Assembly: GCA_041940385.1 (NCBI GenBank) | Contig: JBGTSD010000035.1 | Span: 1 to 26,359 of the forward strand | DNA length: 26,359 bases | Source of the DNA: Phycisphaerales bacterium | GTDB taxonomy: Bacteria; Planctomycetota; Phycisphaerae; Phycisphaerales; UBA1924 | Direction: 5' to 3' | Shown: piece by piece, positions 8,199-16,522 of the stretch | How the letters are laid out: each line of letters starts with the position of its first letter | How positions within the stretch are numbered: the first letter of the stretch is position 1 | The notes under the pieces: generated by a model | What the model saw: only the letters and a program-made list of their open reading frames with translations | Databases searched by the model: none | Told to the model about the DNA's origin: nothing | Program-made: the position numbers and the translations under genes

Positions 8199-9236
8199 AT
8201 GCTGAACCTGCGTATCGCCGCGTCCGTCGTGTGTGCGCAGATCGCGTGCGCGCCCGCAATCGCCGCGCCGAAGGTCTCCACCGAGTTCGGCATCGACTTC
8301 GTCACCATCGGCCGTCCCGGCAACCGTGGCGCCTTTCCCGAGGAGCGCTTCTACAACAACCCGCACTATCAGAACCTCGGCAGCGTCAACTACCGGTACC
8401 GTCTGAGCCGGACCGAGATCACCTCGGAGCAATGGGTCGACTTCGCAAACGCGTATGAGCCGTACTGGGCGGCGGCGGGCGGGAGCCGCATCAACCCCGG
8501 TTTCACTGGCGGGTGGCTCAATCCGCAGACCCTCAATCCCAACCTCCCGGCGAATTACTCGATCGCCGCCGGCGCCGAGCTGCTCGCTGTGCAGGTGCAA
8601 TGGCGCGTCGCCGCGATCTTCTGCAACTGGCTGCACAACGGGAAGGTCAACGAGGCGTGGGCGTTCCAGTCGGGCGCGTACGACGTCAGCACCTTTGGCT
8701 CGGACCCCAACGGCGGTTACACCGATCAGGAGTCCCGCTCACCCGGGGCGCGCTTCTGGATCCCCAGTGTCGACGAATGGACGAAGGGCGCGCATTACGA
8801 CCCGAACCGCTACGGCGAGGGCATGGAGGGCTACTGGCTGCGCATGGGAAGCCAGAACGAGCCGCTGATTCCTGGCTTGCCGGAGAACGGGGGACAGACG
8901 AGCTCGGGCGATTTCCTGCCTGGATTCGATGAACAATTCATCCCGGTAGGCTCCTACGCGCACGTTCCGGGCCCCTGGGGCGTGCTCGACACGTCGGGCG
9001 GCGTGCAGGAATGGACCGAGACGATCCGCTCTGGTTTCGATCTGCGGTTCGCCCGCGGCTCAGGCACGAATAACACCCAGTACGCCAACTTCGATGTGAT
9101 CGACTGGTACTCGACGCTTGGCGGTCCCGATCACGCGCGTAACGGCATGCGGCTGGCATCGGCAGTTCCGTCCGCGCCGCTGCCCGCCATGCTTCTCGGA
9201 GCGATCGGCGCCGCGGGTGCGCGCCGGAGGTGTTGA
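8199..9236 (+). CDS. Secreted FGE-sulfatase (SUMF1/formylglycine-generating enzyme) family domain protein with a PEP-CTERM-like C-terminal sorting tail
   Basis: Signal peptide MLNLRIAASVVCAQIACAPAIAA. FGE-like motifs YRLSRTEITSEQWVDFANA, RFWIPSVDEWTKGAHYD, GVQEWTETI, RFARGSG. C-terminal VPSAPLPAMLLGAIGAAGARRRC follows the pattern Pro-rich, hydrophobic helix, Arg cluster. Confidence 0.75.
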   Translation: MLNLRIAASVVCAQIACAPAIAAPKVSTEFGIDFVTIGRPGNRGAFPEERFYNNPHYQNLGSVNYRYRLSRTEITSEQWVDFANAYEPYWAAAGGSRINPGFTGGWLNPQTLNPNLPANYSIAAGAELLAVQVQWRVAAIFCNWLHNGKVNEAWAFQSGAYDVSTFGSDPNGGYTDQESRSPGARFWIPSVDEWTKGAHYDPNRYGEGMEGYWLRMGSQNEPLIPGLPENGGQTSSGDFLPGFDEQFIPVGSYAHVPGPWGVLDTSGGVQEWTETIRSGFDLRFARGSGTNNTQYANFDVIDWYSTLGGPDHARNGMRLASAVPSAPLPAMLLGAIGAAGARRRC

Positions 9237-9248
9237 GCCAGGCGTTCA

Positions 9249-10724
9249 CTACGCGTTCTGCGCCCGCCCGAAGAGCAAGTGCACGTACCCCTCATCGCCC
9301 GGCGCGGCGAGGACGTAGACGTGGTCGCCCGGGCGCAGCACCGTGGCGCCGCGCGGGGCGATGACGTCGCCCTCGCGCACCACGAGGATCACCGCGGAGT
9401 CCTGAGGAAACGGGATCTTCGAGAGCGCGACGTTGGCGACGGCGAGCGTCTCGTCCACGAAGAACGAGACTACCTTGCCGCGCAGGGGCTGCATCGAGTT
9501 GATCTCGAGGGCCGCGGCGGGCGTGGGCGGCTCGGGCTCGGCGAGCCCGAGGCGTCGCGTCAGCCAGTGGACGGTCGCGCCGGGGATGATCGCGTTGACG
9601 ACGACGATGATGAAGACGGTGTTGAAGATGCGGTGCTCGGGATCGACCTGCGCGAGGACGGGGATGGTCGCGAGGATGATCGGCACGGCGCCGCGCAAAC
9701 CGACCCAGCCGGCGTAGCCGATCTCGCGCCGGTTGAACCCGAAGGGCGCGAGGCAGAGGGCGGTCGCCAACGGGCGCGCGAAGAAGGCGAGCGCGAGTCC
9801 CAGCGCGACGCCGGGCCATAGGACCTCGAGCAGTTCGGAGGGGAAGACGAGGAGGCCCAGCGTGAGAAACATCGCGATCTGCGCGAGCCAGGCGATGGAG
9901 TCGTGGATGCGCCGGAGAACGCCGAGGGCGGGGACGGAGGAGTTGCCGATGATGAACGCGACGACGAAAACGGCGAGGAAGCCGCTGCCGTTGACGAGCG
10001 TCGCGACGCCGAACGCCGCGAGCGCGCCGGCGAGACTCACCGCGGGGAAGAGCCCGCTCGACGCCAGGCGCACGCGCTGGAGGGCGATGCGCATGAGGTA
10101 GCCGAACGCGAGCCCGACGGCGAGACCGATCAGGAGCTGGAGCGGGATGTCGAGCAGCAGCCGCCAGCCCAGCGGCGCCGCGTCGCCCGCGAGCGACGCG
10201 GTGAACGCCGTGACGAGGATGACGGCGACGGGGTCGTTCAGGCCGGATTCCAGCTCGAGCGTGGAGGCGACGCGCGGGCGCAGGTGCAGCCGCCCGCCGC
10301 GCAGCACGCCGAACACGGCCGCGGCGTCCGTGGAGGAGACGATGGCGCCGATCAGGAGCGCTTCGGGCCAGTCAAAGCCGATCAGGCGCGCCACGAGCGC
10401 GACAACGCCCGCCGCGCCGAGCACGCCGACGGTTGCGAGGACCGACGCCGGCGCGAGGCCCGAGCGCAGCGCGCTGGGCGTGGTGTTCAGGCCGCCGTCG
10501 AAGAGGATCACGATGAGCGCGAAGGTGCCGAGGCGGAAGGCGAGCAGGTGATCGTCGAACGCGACGCCGCCCGGGCCCTCCGAGCCGGCGAGCATGCCGA
10601 GCACGAGGAAGAGCAGCGCAAACGGCACGCCGCGACGCGCCAGCGGCCCGGCGAACACCGCGCTGACGGCGAGGAGCACGCCGAAGACCAGGAGCAGCAG
10701 GGATGTCGCGAGGGGCTCTGCCAT
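9249..10724 (-). CDS. nhaP2: K+/H+ (monovalent cation:proton) antiporter, CPA1/NhaP2 type, with C-terminal TrkA-C domain
   Basis: About 12 TM helices; LNDPVAVIL and GLRGAVPIILA motifs typical of NhaP. C-terminal soluble domain ...VILVVREGDVIAPRGATVLRPGDHVYVLA is TrkA_C-like. Confidence 0.85.
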   Translation of the reverse strand: MAEPLATSLLLLVFGVLLAVSAVFAGPLARRGVPFALLFLVLGMLAGSEGPGGVAFDDHLLAFRLGTFALIVILFDGGLNTTPSALRSGLAPASVLATVGVLGAAGVVALVARLIGFDWPEALLIGAIVSSTDAAAVFGVLRGGRLHLRPRVASTLELESGLNDPVAVILVTAFTASLAGDAAPLGWRLLLDIPLQLLIGLAVGLAFGYLMRIALQRVRLASSGLFPAVSLAGALAAFGVATLVNGSGFLAVFVVAFIIGNSSVPALGVLRRIHDSIAWLAQIAMFLTLGLLVFPSELLEVLWPGVALGLALAFFARPLATALCLAPFGFNRREIGYAGWVGLRGAVPIILATIPVLAQVDPEHRIFNTVFIIVVVNAIIPGATVHWLTRRLGLAEPEPPTPAAALEINSMQPLRGKVVSFFVDETLAVANVALSKIPFPQDSAVILVVREGDVIAPRGATVLRPGDHVYVLAAPGDEGYVHLLFGRAQNA

Positions 10725-10842
10725 GCGTTGCGGCGACAGTAGGAGCGATCTGTTCGGGAAATCGCGGGGCTGCGATGCCCATCAAGTATGCTGAGGTGAA
10801 TCCCGGCGGGTGGCCGGGGAGCCCCCAGTGGGAGTGGGAACC

Positions 10843-12444
10843 ATGATGCAGATCTTTCTTCTTCTCGTCGCGGTCGGTGTCGTTCTCGGCGTCGTCGCGG
10901 TGCTCCGTCAGCGTCCCGAGGCGCGCTCCGCGGGCGCGATCGTGGCGATCACCGCGGTCGTCGTGATCGCGTCGCTGCTCGTGCTCTCGTCGCTGCGCCA
11001 CGTCGGCGCGGACGAGGTCGGCGTGGTCACGAAGAACATCGGATCCAAACGGCTTCCCGCCGGCGCGATCCTGGCGACGGCGGGCGAGACCGGCCCGCAG
11101 GCCGCGACGCTCAGCCCCGGCTGGCACATGTGGTTGTGGCCGGTGGTCTACGACGTCCGAACGTTCCCGGTGCTCGAGATCCGCGACGACGAGGTCGGCA
11201 TCCTGACGACGGCCGATGGTCAGCCGTTGCCGCCGGGCGAGGTCTTCGCGCCCGAATGGCCGGCCGAGGATCTCGGCAAGATGCTCGATGCGCAGCAATT
11301 CCTGACGTCCACGAGCGGCTACAAGGGGCCGCAGACCACGGTGCTCACGCCCGGCCGGTATCGCATCAATCCGCGTCTGTTCACGGTGGAGAAGGTTCCG
11401 GTGACGAACGTGTCGCCGGCGACGGTGGCGGTGGTGAAGTCCAACGTCGGGCCGCAGGTCGCGACGGGCGGCAAGGGCGAGGCGGAGGTGGTGGACGTCG
11501 GCGAGCGAGGCATCTGGCGCGTGCCGTTCGGTCCGCAGAAGCTGTACCTGAACACGAACGCGTACGAGGTGACGCAGATCTCGACGGCGAAGCGGGTGCT
11601 GGACTTCTCCGTCGCCGCGGCGGCCGCGGCCGGTGGCGACCAGGGCGAGCGCGACATCATGGTGCGTTCGTCGGACGGCTTCACCTTCCCGGTGGACGTG
11701 CGCGTCGAGTACCAGATCCTTCCCGAGGATGCGCCGCTGGTCGTCGCGCACCTGGGCAACGACCGCGATGCGCTCCGCGCGCCGCTGACGTCCGCCGTGC
11801 GCGCGATCTTCCGCAACAATGCGGAGCGCGTGAAGGCGCTGGACTACGTCCGCGAGCGATCCGCGCAGGAGGCGCAGTCGCTCCGCATGCTCGCGGAGGA
11901 GATGCGCAAGCTCGGCGTGTCGATCACCGCCGTGCGCATCGGCAGCGTCGGTGACCAGCAGACGCTCGGCCAACTCCTCAAGACGCAGACCGACCGCGAG
12001 ATCGCGCTCCAGGAGCAGGTGACGTTCCAGGAGCAGCAGCGCGCGGCGGAGCAGAAGAAGTCGCTCTCCCGCACCGAGCAGGAGGCCGAGGAGGAGCGTC
12101 GCCTCGCGACGGCGCAGTACCAGGTGAAGATCGCCGAGGAGGAGAAGCAGCAGCGCGTCATCGGCGCCGAGGCGGAGGCCGAGACCATCCGCATCAAGGC
12201 CGAGGCGCAGGCCAAGGCGTTCGAGGCGATCACGGCGCAGGTCGGCTCGCAGAACGCGGCCCTGCTCGAGATGCTGCGTATCGTCGGCGCCGAGAACATT
12301 CTCATTACGCCGCGCGTGATGATGTCCGGCGGTCAGCCCGCCGGCGCGGGCGCCGAGAACGCGGCGCTCGTCGGCACGATGCTCGATCTGATGATCGACC
12401 GCGAAGAGAGCAAGCCCCGCGCGACGCCCGCGTCGCAGCCGTAA
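10843..12444 (+). CDS. Flotillin-like SPFH/band-7 family membrane protein
   Basis: Two N-terminal TM helices, an SPFH domain, then a long Glu/Ala/Gln-rich coiled coil (EQQRAAEQKKSLSRTEQEAEEERRLATAQYQVKIAEEEKQQRVIGAEAEAETIRIKAEAQAKAFEA) typical of flotillin FloT/YuaG. Start is either ATG 10843 (after GGGAGTGGGAA) or 10810. Confidence 0.82.
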   Translation: MMQIFLLLVAVGVVLGVVAVLRQRPEARSAGAIVAITAVVVIASLLVLSSLRHVGADEVGVVTKNIGSKRLPAGAILATAGETGPQAATLSPGWHMWLWPVVYDVRTFPVLEIRDDEVGILTTADGQPLPPGEVFAPEWPAEDLGKMLDAQQFLTSTSGYKGPQTTVLTPGRYRINPRLFTVEKVPVTNVSPATVAVVKSNVGPQVATGGKGEAEVVDVGERGIWRVPFGPQKLYLNTNAYEVTQISTAKRVLDFSVAAAAAAGGDQGERDIMVRSSDGFTFPVDVRVEYQILPEDAPLVVAHLGNDRDALRAPLTSAVRAIFRNNAERVKALDYVRERSAQEAQSLRMLAEEMRKLGVSITAVRIGSVGDQQTLGQLLKTQTDREIALQEQVTFQEQQRAAEQKKSLSRTEQEAEEERRLATAQYQVKIAEEEKQQRVIGAEAEAETIRIKAEAQAKAFEAITAQVGSQNAALLEMLRIVGAENILITPRVMMSGGQPAGAGAENAALVGTMLDLMIDREESKPRATPASQP

Positions 12445-13374
12445 CTAGCCGGCGCGCCGGATGGCGTGGATCAGTTCGCCGACGTAGTCGCGCAGGCCAA
12501 GATCGCTGCGCGACTGCTCGACGCCCAGCGCCTCGCGCGTCGCCGCTTTGTCGAATATGTTCTTCGCCGGCGGTCCGGTGTCCGGCTCGACCATCGATGG
12601 ATCGAGCCCGAGCAGCGCCGCGGCGTGCTCGCCGAAGCGCGTGTACTTCGCGTAGCAGTCGGCGAGGTGAAACGCGCGCCCGGAGACATTCTCCAGCTCA
12701 GCGCGCTCGACCGCGCGGCAGACCGCCATCGCCACATCCTGCACGTGCACGAACTTTCCGCCGCCGGGGAAGTCGCGCCTGTTGACGCGTTCGCCGCGGA
12801 GCAGACGGCGCACCTGCTCTTCACCGTGGCTGCGTTCGAGGCGCACGGGCTCGACGCCGTAGACCGCGGCGGGACGGAGCGCGGCCGTGTGCATGCCGAG
12901 CCGGAACTTCGCATCCCAGAGGTGTGCTTCGACCGCGGCCTTTGCGGCGCCATAGAGCGAGCCCGGACGCAGCGGGTGATCTTCATCCACGAGGCCCCCC
13001 CAAGAGGGGCTGATGTCGTGGTGCGCGGCGACGCTGGAGAGGTAGATGAATCGGGAGACACCCGCCCGGTGGGCGGCGTGGAGGAGCTGAACGGCCCCAG
13101 CAACGTTGGAATGCAGGTGCCGGGTGAGGTCACCCGAACGGAGTGCGTCCCAGTCGAAGCTGTTGTGGACGACGGCGTCCGCCCCGGCCAGAAGGTCCGG
13201 CCAGGCCGAGGCATCCGCCTGGTCGGCCCGGACGTATCGGGAAATGACCGGGTCCAGATGGCCGGTGGCCGACGTCGGCCGCACCAGCCCAACGACCTCA
13301 TGCCCCCGGTCGCGCAGAACTCGCGCGGAAAACGTGCCGATGAAGCCCGAGGCGCCCGTTAACACAATCCGCAT
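12445..13374 (-). CDS. NAD(P)-dependent epimerase/dehydratase (extended SDR family)
   Basis: MRIVLTGASGFIG Rossmann motif and YGAAK catalytic YxxxK. Its stop codon directly abuts the flotillin stop, a convergent pair with 0-bp spacer. Confidence 0.85.
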   Translation of the reverse strand: MRIVLTGASGFIGTFSARVLRDRGHEVVGLVRPTSATGHLDPVISRYVRADQADASAWPDLLAGADAVVHNSFDWDALRSGDLTRHLHSNVAGAVQLLHAAHRAGVSRFIYLSSVAAHHDISPSWGGLVDEDHPLRPGSLYGAAKAAVEAHLWDAKFRLGMHTAALRPAAVYGVEPVRLERSHGEEQVRRLLRGERVNRRDFPGGGKFVHVQDVAMAVCRAVERAELENVSGRAFHLADCYAKYTRFGEHAAALLGLDPSMVEPDTGPPAKNIFDKAATREALGVEQSRSDLGLRDYVGELIHAIRRAG

Positions 13375-13438
13375 CCAAGCGCCCTCCGACCCGCGTGCAC
13401 TCGCAAATGGCGCGGCGAAGCCTGCCTCGAACGGCTCA

Positions 13439-13467
13439 TTGACACCCCACGAGGGCGTTCATAGTTT
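13439..13467 (+). promoter_or_regulatory. Candidate sigma70-type promoter for the kinase gene
   Basis: TTGACA (13439-13444), a 17-nt spacer, then TAGTTT (13462-13467). It lies 47 nt upstream of ATG 13514 in the 139-bp divergent intergenic region. Confidence 0.3.
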
Positions 13468-13513
13468 AGGCGATTCCGCGCGGCCTGCTTCGCCCTCGCG
13501 GGCCCCGAGCACG

Positions 13514-14896
13514 ATGAGCGGACCGACGAATCATTACGGCAGCGACGACTCGGACAAGCTCCGCATGCCGTCTGACGATCCGCGCCGCGCCGGCGCGGCG
13601 ACGGCCGGCGACACGCGCTCCGGGACCAAGTCGGGCACCAAGTCCGGCTCGAAGTCGCCTGCCGATCTGGACGCGATCCTGGCGCGCGTGGTCGTCGAGC
13701 ACGGCCTGGCCTCGATGGACGAGGTGCAGCAGTGCCTGCGCACCCGCAACGAGCAGTCGCGCGCCGGCGGCGATCCCGGCCAGTCCTCGCTGGCGCAGCT
13801 CCTGGTCGACAACGATCTGGTCACCAAGCGTCAGCTCGAGCGCCTCAAGAGCGCGATCGAGGCCGAGCGCTCCGGCCAGCACATCCCCGGCTACACCGTG
13901 CTCGGCAAGCTCGGCGCCGGCGCGATGGCGACGGTCTTCAAGGCGCGCCAGGTGTCGCTCGACCGGCTGGTCGCGATCAAGATCCTTCCGCGCAAGTTCA
14001 CCAGCGACCCGCAGTTCATCGAGCGCTTCTACGCCGAGGGGCGGGCCGCGGCGCAGCTCAATCACCCGCACATCGTGCAGGCGTACGACGTCGGCAAGGC
14101 CGGCGAGTACCACTACTTCGTGATGGAGTACGTGGAGGGCTCGACGGTCTACGACCAGATCGTCGCGAAGAAGCGGTATGCGGAGGCGGAGGCCGTCGAG
14201 ATCATCATCCAGGTCGCGCTCGCGCTCGAGCACGCGCACGACAAGGGCCTGATCCACCGCGACGTGAAGCCCAAGAACATCATGATCTCCAAGGAGAGCG
14301 TGGTGAAGCTGGCCGACATGGGCCTGGCCCGCGCCATCTCCGATCGAGAGGCCGCCGAGGCCGAGGCCGGCAAGGCGTTCGGCACGCCGTACTACATCAG
14401 CCCCGAGCAGATCCGCGGCGAGCGCGACGTCGCGGCGCCGGCCGACATCTATTCGCTCGGCTGCACGCTCTACCACATGGTCACCGGGCGCGTGCCCTTC
14501 GAGGGCAAGGACCCCTCCGAGGTGATGAAGAAGCACCTCAAGGCGGCGCCGATCCCGCCGGATCAGATCAATCCGAAGCTCTCCGCGGGTCTCTGCGAGG
14601 TCATCGAGATGATGATGGCCAAGCGCCGCGAGGACCGCTACCAGAACTGCCGCGACCTCATCACCGATCTCCGGGCGGTCCAGAAGGGCGAAAAGCCCGC
14701 GATCGCCCACAAGCCGATCACCGGCGCCGCGCCCGAGGCGCTCTCCCAGCTCCTCGTCGAGGAGCAGGCCCGTCCGGCGGAGATCGCCGTCGACCGCACG
14801 CGAACGCCCTCGCCCTTCAGCCACCTGATCGTGCAGATCATGCTGGCCCTGCTCATCCTGAGCGTCGCGGCGAACTTCGTGATGCTGTTCCGCTAG
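13514..14896 (+). CDS. Ser/Thr protein kinase with N-terminal GspE-N/MshEN-like tandem motif region and C-terminal tail-anchor TM helix
   Basis: Kinase subdomains are present: LGKLGAGAMATVFKA, AIKIL (Lys), HRDVKPKNIM, DMGLA (a DFG variant), GTPYYISPE. N-terminus has KSGTKSGTKSGSKS, then LARVVVEHGLASMDEVQQCL and LAQLLVDNDLVTKRQLERL repeats. C-terminus LIVQIMLALLILSVAANFVMLFR is hydrophobic. Confidence 0.85.
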   Translation: MSGPTNHYGSDDSDKLRMPSDDPRRAGAATAGDTRSGTKSGTKSGSKSPADLDAILARVVVEHGLASMDEVQQCLRTRNEQSRAGGDPGQSSLAQLLVDNDLVTKRQLERLKSAIEAERSGQHIPGYTVLGKLGAGAMATVFKARQVSLDRLVAIKILPRKFTSDPQFIERFYAEGRAAAQLNHPHIVQAYDVGKAGEYHYFVMEYVEGSTVYDQIVAKKRYAEAEAVEIIIQVALALEHAHDKGLIHRDVKPKNIMISKESVVKLADMGLARAISDREAAEAEAGKAFGTPYYISPEQIRGERDVAAPADIYSLGCTLYHMVTGRVPFEGKDPSEVMKKHLKAAPIPPDQINPKLSAGLCEVIEMMMAKRREDRYQNCRDLITDLRAVQKGEKPAIAHKPITGAAPEALSQLLVEEQARPAEIAVDRTRTPSPFSHLIVQIMLALLILSVAANFVMLFR

Positions 14897-14963
14897 GCGA
14901 CGCCCGGTCCACTACACTCTGCGCGCCACGACCTTTTCGCACCCTCTGCGACGGAGCGACGCG

Positions 14964-15611
14964 ATGGAGCTGTACATCGACACGGCGAATCTCGACGAGA
15001 TCAAGCAGGCCGCGGACCTGGGCGTCCTCGACGGCGTCACCACGAATCCCTCGCTGATCGCGAAGGAGAAGACGGACTACGCCAAGCGGCTCGCCGAGAT
15101 CTGCGAGGTCGTGGAGGGCCCCGTCTCCGCCGAGGTCATCGCGACCGACTTCGACGGCATGATGAAGGAAGGGCGCAAGCACGCGAAGATCGCCGACAAC
15201 ATCGTCGTCAAGCTCCCCTGCACCGTGGACGGCCTGCGCGCGTGCAAGGCGTTCACCGACGAGGGCGTGCGCACCAATCTCACGCTCTGCTTCCAGCCGC
15301 TCCAGGCGCTCATGGTCGCGAAGGCGGGCGCCTATCTCGTCAGCCCCTTCCTCGGGCGCGTCGACGACATCGCCGGCGACGGCATGGAGCTGATCCATCA
15401 GATCCGCCAGATCTACGACAACTACGGCTACGAGACCAAGCTCCTCGCGGCGTCGATCCGACACTCCAAGCACCTGGTCGATTGCGCGCTCGCCGGCGCC
15501 GACGTGTGCACCGTGCCGTTCTCGGTGATCCAGTCGATGCTCAAGCACCCGCTGACCGACACCGGCCTCGAGAAGTTCGTCGCCGACTACAAGAAGGCCT
15601 TCGGCTCGTAA
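14964..15611 (+). CDS. tal: Transaldolase / fructose-6-phosphate aldolase (short type 3B)
   Basis: MELYIDTANLDEIKQAADLGVLDGVTTNPSLIAK... with the Schiff-base lysine in IVVKLPCT. Length is 215 aa. GGAG lies upstream. Confidence 0.9.
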   Translation: MELYIDTANLDEIKQAADLGVLDGVTTNPSLIAKEKTDYAKRLAEICEVVEGPVSAEVIATDFDGMMKEGRKHAKIADNIVVKLPCTVDGLRACKAFTDEGVRTNLTLCFQPLQALMVAKAGAYLVSPFLGRVDDIAGDGMELIHQIRQIYDNYGYETKLLAASIRHSKHLVDCALAGADVCTVPFSVIQSMLKHPLTDTGLEKFVADYKKAFGS

Positions 15612-15624
15612 CGAGCCGCGCGCA

Positions 15625-16089
15625 TCACTCGACTTCGAAGAGGAACTCGACCTCCACCGGCGCGCCCAGCGGCAGGTCGATGGAGCCCACCGCCGCGCGC
15701 ACGTGCCGGCCCGCCTCGCCGAAGACTTCCACCATCAGCTCGCTGGCGCCGTTCGCGACGCCCGGCTGGCCGTGGAATCCCCGCTCCGAGGTCACCCACA
15801 CGCCGAGGCGGACAACGCGCTTGATGCGGTCGATCGAGCCGAGCGCGGCGTTGGCGGCCGCGAGGCCGTTGATGGCGCACTGTCGGGCGCACTGCTTGGC
15901 GAGCTCCGGCGTGACCTGGGTCGGGACGGATCCGGAGGCGACGAGGGTGCCGTCGCGCAGCGGGATCTGGCCGCTGACGTAGAGGAGGTTCCCGGCGCGG
16001 ACAGTGGGGATGTACGCCGCGACGGGCTTGGCGGGCTCGGGGAGGTGGATGCCGAGAGCTTCGAGCTTGCCGGATGGTGTTTGGTCCAT
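15625..16089 (-). CDS. ridA: RidA/YjgF family reactive-intermediate deaminase
   Basis: From ATG 16089: MDQTPSGKLEALGIHLPEPAKPVAAYIPTVRAGNLLYVSGQIPL...APVEVEFLFEVE, a typical 154-aa RidA fold sequence. The longer ORF reaching 16311 has an implausible N-terminal extension. Confidence 0.85.
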   Translation of the reverse strand: MDQTPSGKLEALGIHLPEPAKPVAAYIPTVRAGNLLYVSGQIPLRDGTLVASGSVPTQVTPELAKQCARQCAINGLAAANAALGSIDRIKRVVRLGVWVTSERGFHGQPGVANGASELMVEVFGEAGRHVRAAVGSIDLPLGAPVEVEFLFEVE

Positions 16090-16522
16090 GTTCGGTCTCG
16101 CCTTCCGAGGAACCGTCCGGAATTGACATGCGTATCTGAAAGCGTAACGATCCCCTGCCTTTCTGGTCGCAGCGATCCCCCACATACCCTGATCATGCAC
16201 TGATGGGCGGCTCTGGCCGCCGAGTGATTCCCGGGCGGGTCCACGCGAACCGACATCTCGAAGCCGATCCGCGGCGCCGACGCGACCTGGCGTGTGCGCT
16301 GCGCTCGACATTGATCGGCGTTCCGTCGTTCGCGGCCACGGAGCCGCACCGGCGCGGATTCTTCAGCGGCGCTCCACGATGGCCCATGCGTCGAGCCGCA
16401 CAATCCGCCCCCTGCGAAGCGCGAGCGATGGAGGTTCCCGGTTCCACCGGCGGCGCGATGCGCCCGACCGGACTCGCTCGGATACACCCATGTCAAAACG
16501 CAACTTCACTTTTGGAGGTCTC

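Noticed and set aside
5989-8636. Long minus-strand ORFs (5989-7158, 7159-8259, 7794-8636) antisense to lptB/gap and the FGE leader
   Set aside because: Arg/Pro/Gly-rich junk translations overlapping strongly supported genes on the other strand or frame; GC-driven open frames.
9279-10742. Plus-strand ORFs (9279-9821, 9903-10742, 10147-10551) antisense to nhaP2
   Set aside because: Asp/Glu/Arg/Gly-rich low-complexity products; the minus-strand frame encodes a 12-TM antiporter with conserved motifs.
10372-11973. 533-aa minus-strand ORF antisense to the flotillin gene
   Set aside because: Arg/His/Asp-rich, no domains; the plus-strand SPFH/flotillin frame is clearly the real gene.
13466-15057. 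ORFs 13466-14824 (-) and 13732-15057 (+) overlapping the kinase gene
   Set aside because: Alternative frames of the kinase locus with low-complexity products; only frame 13514-14896 shows the full set of Hanks kinase subdomains.
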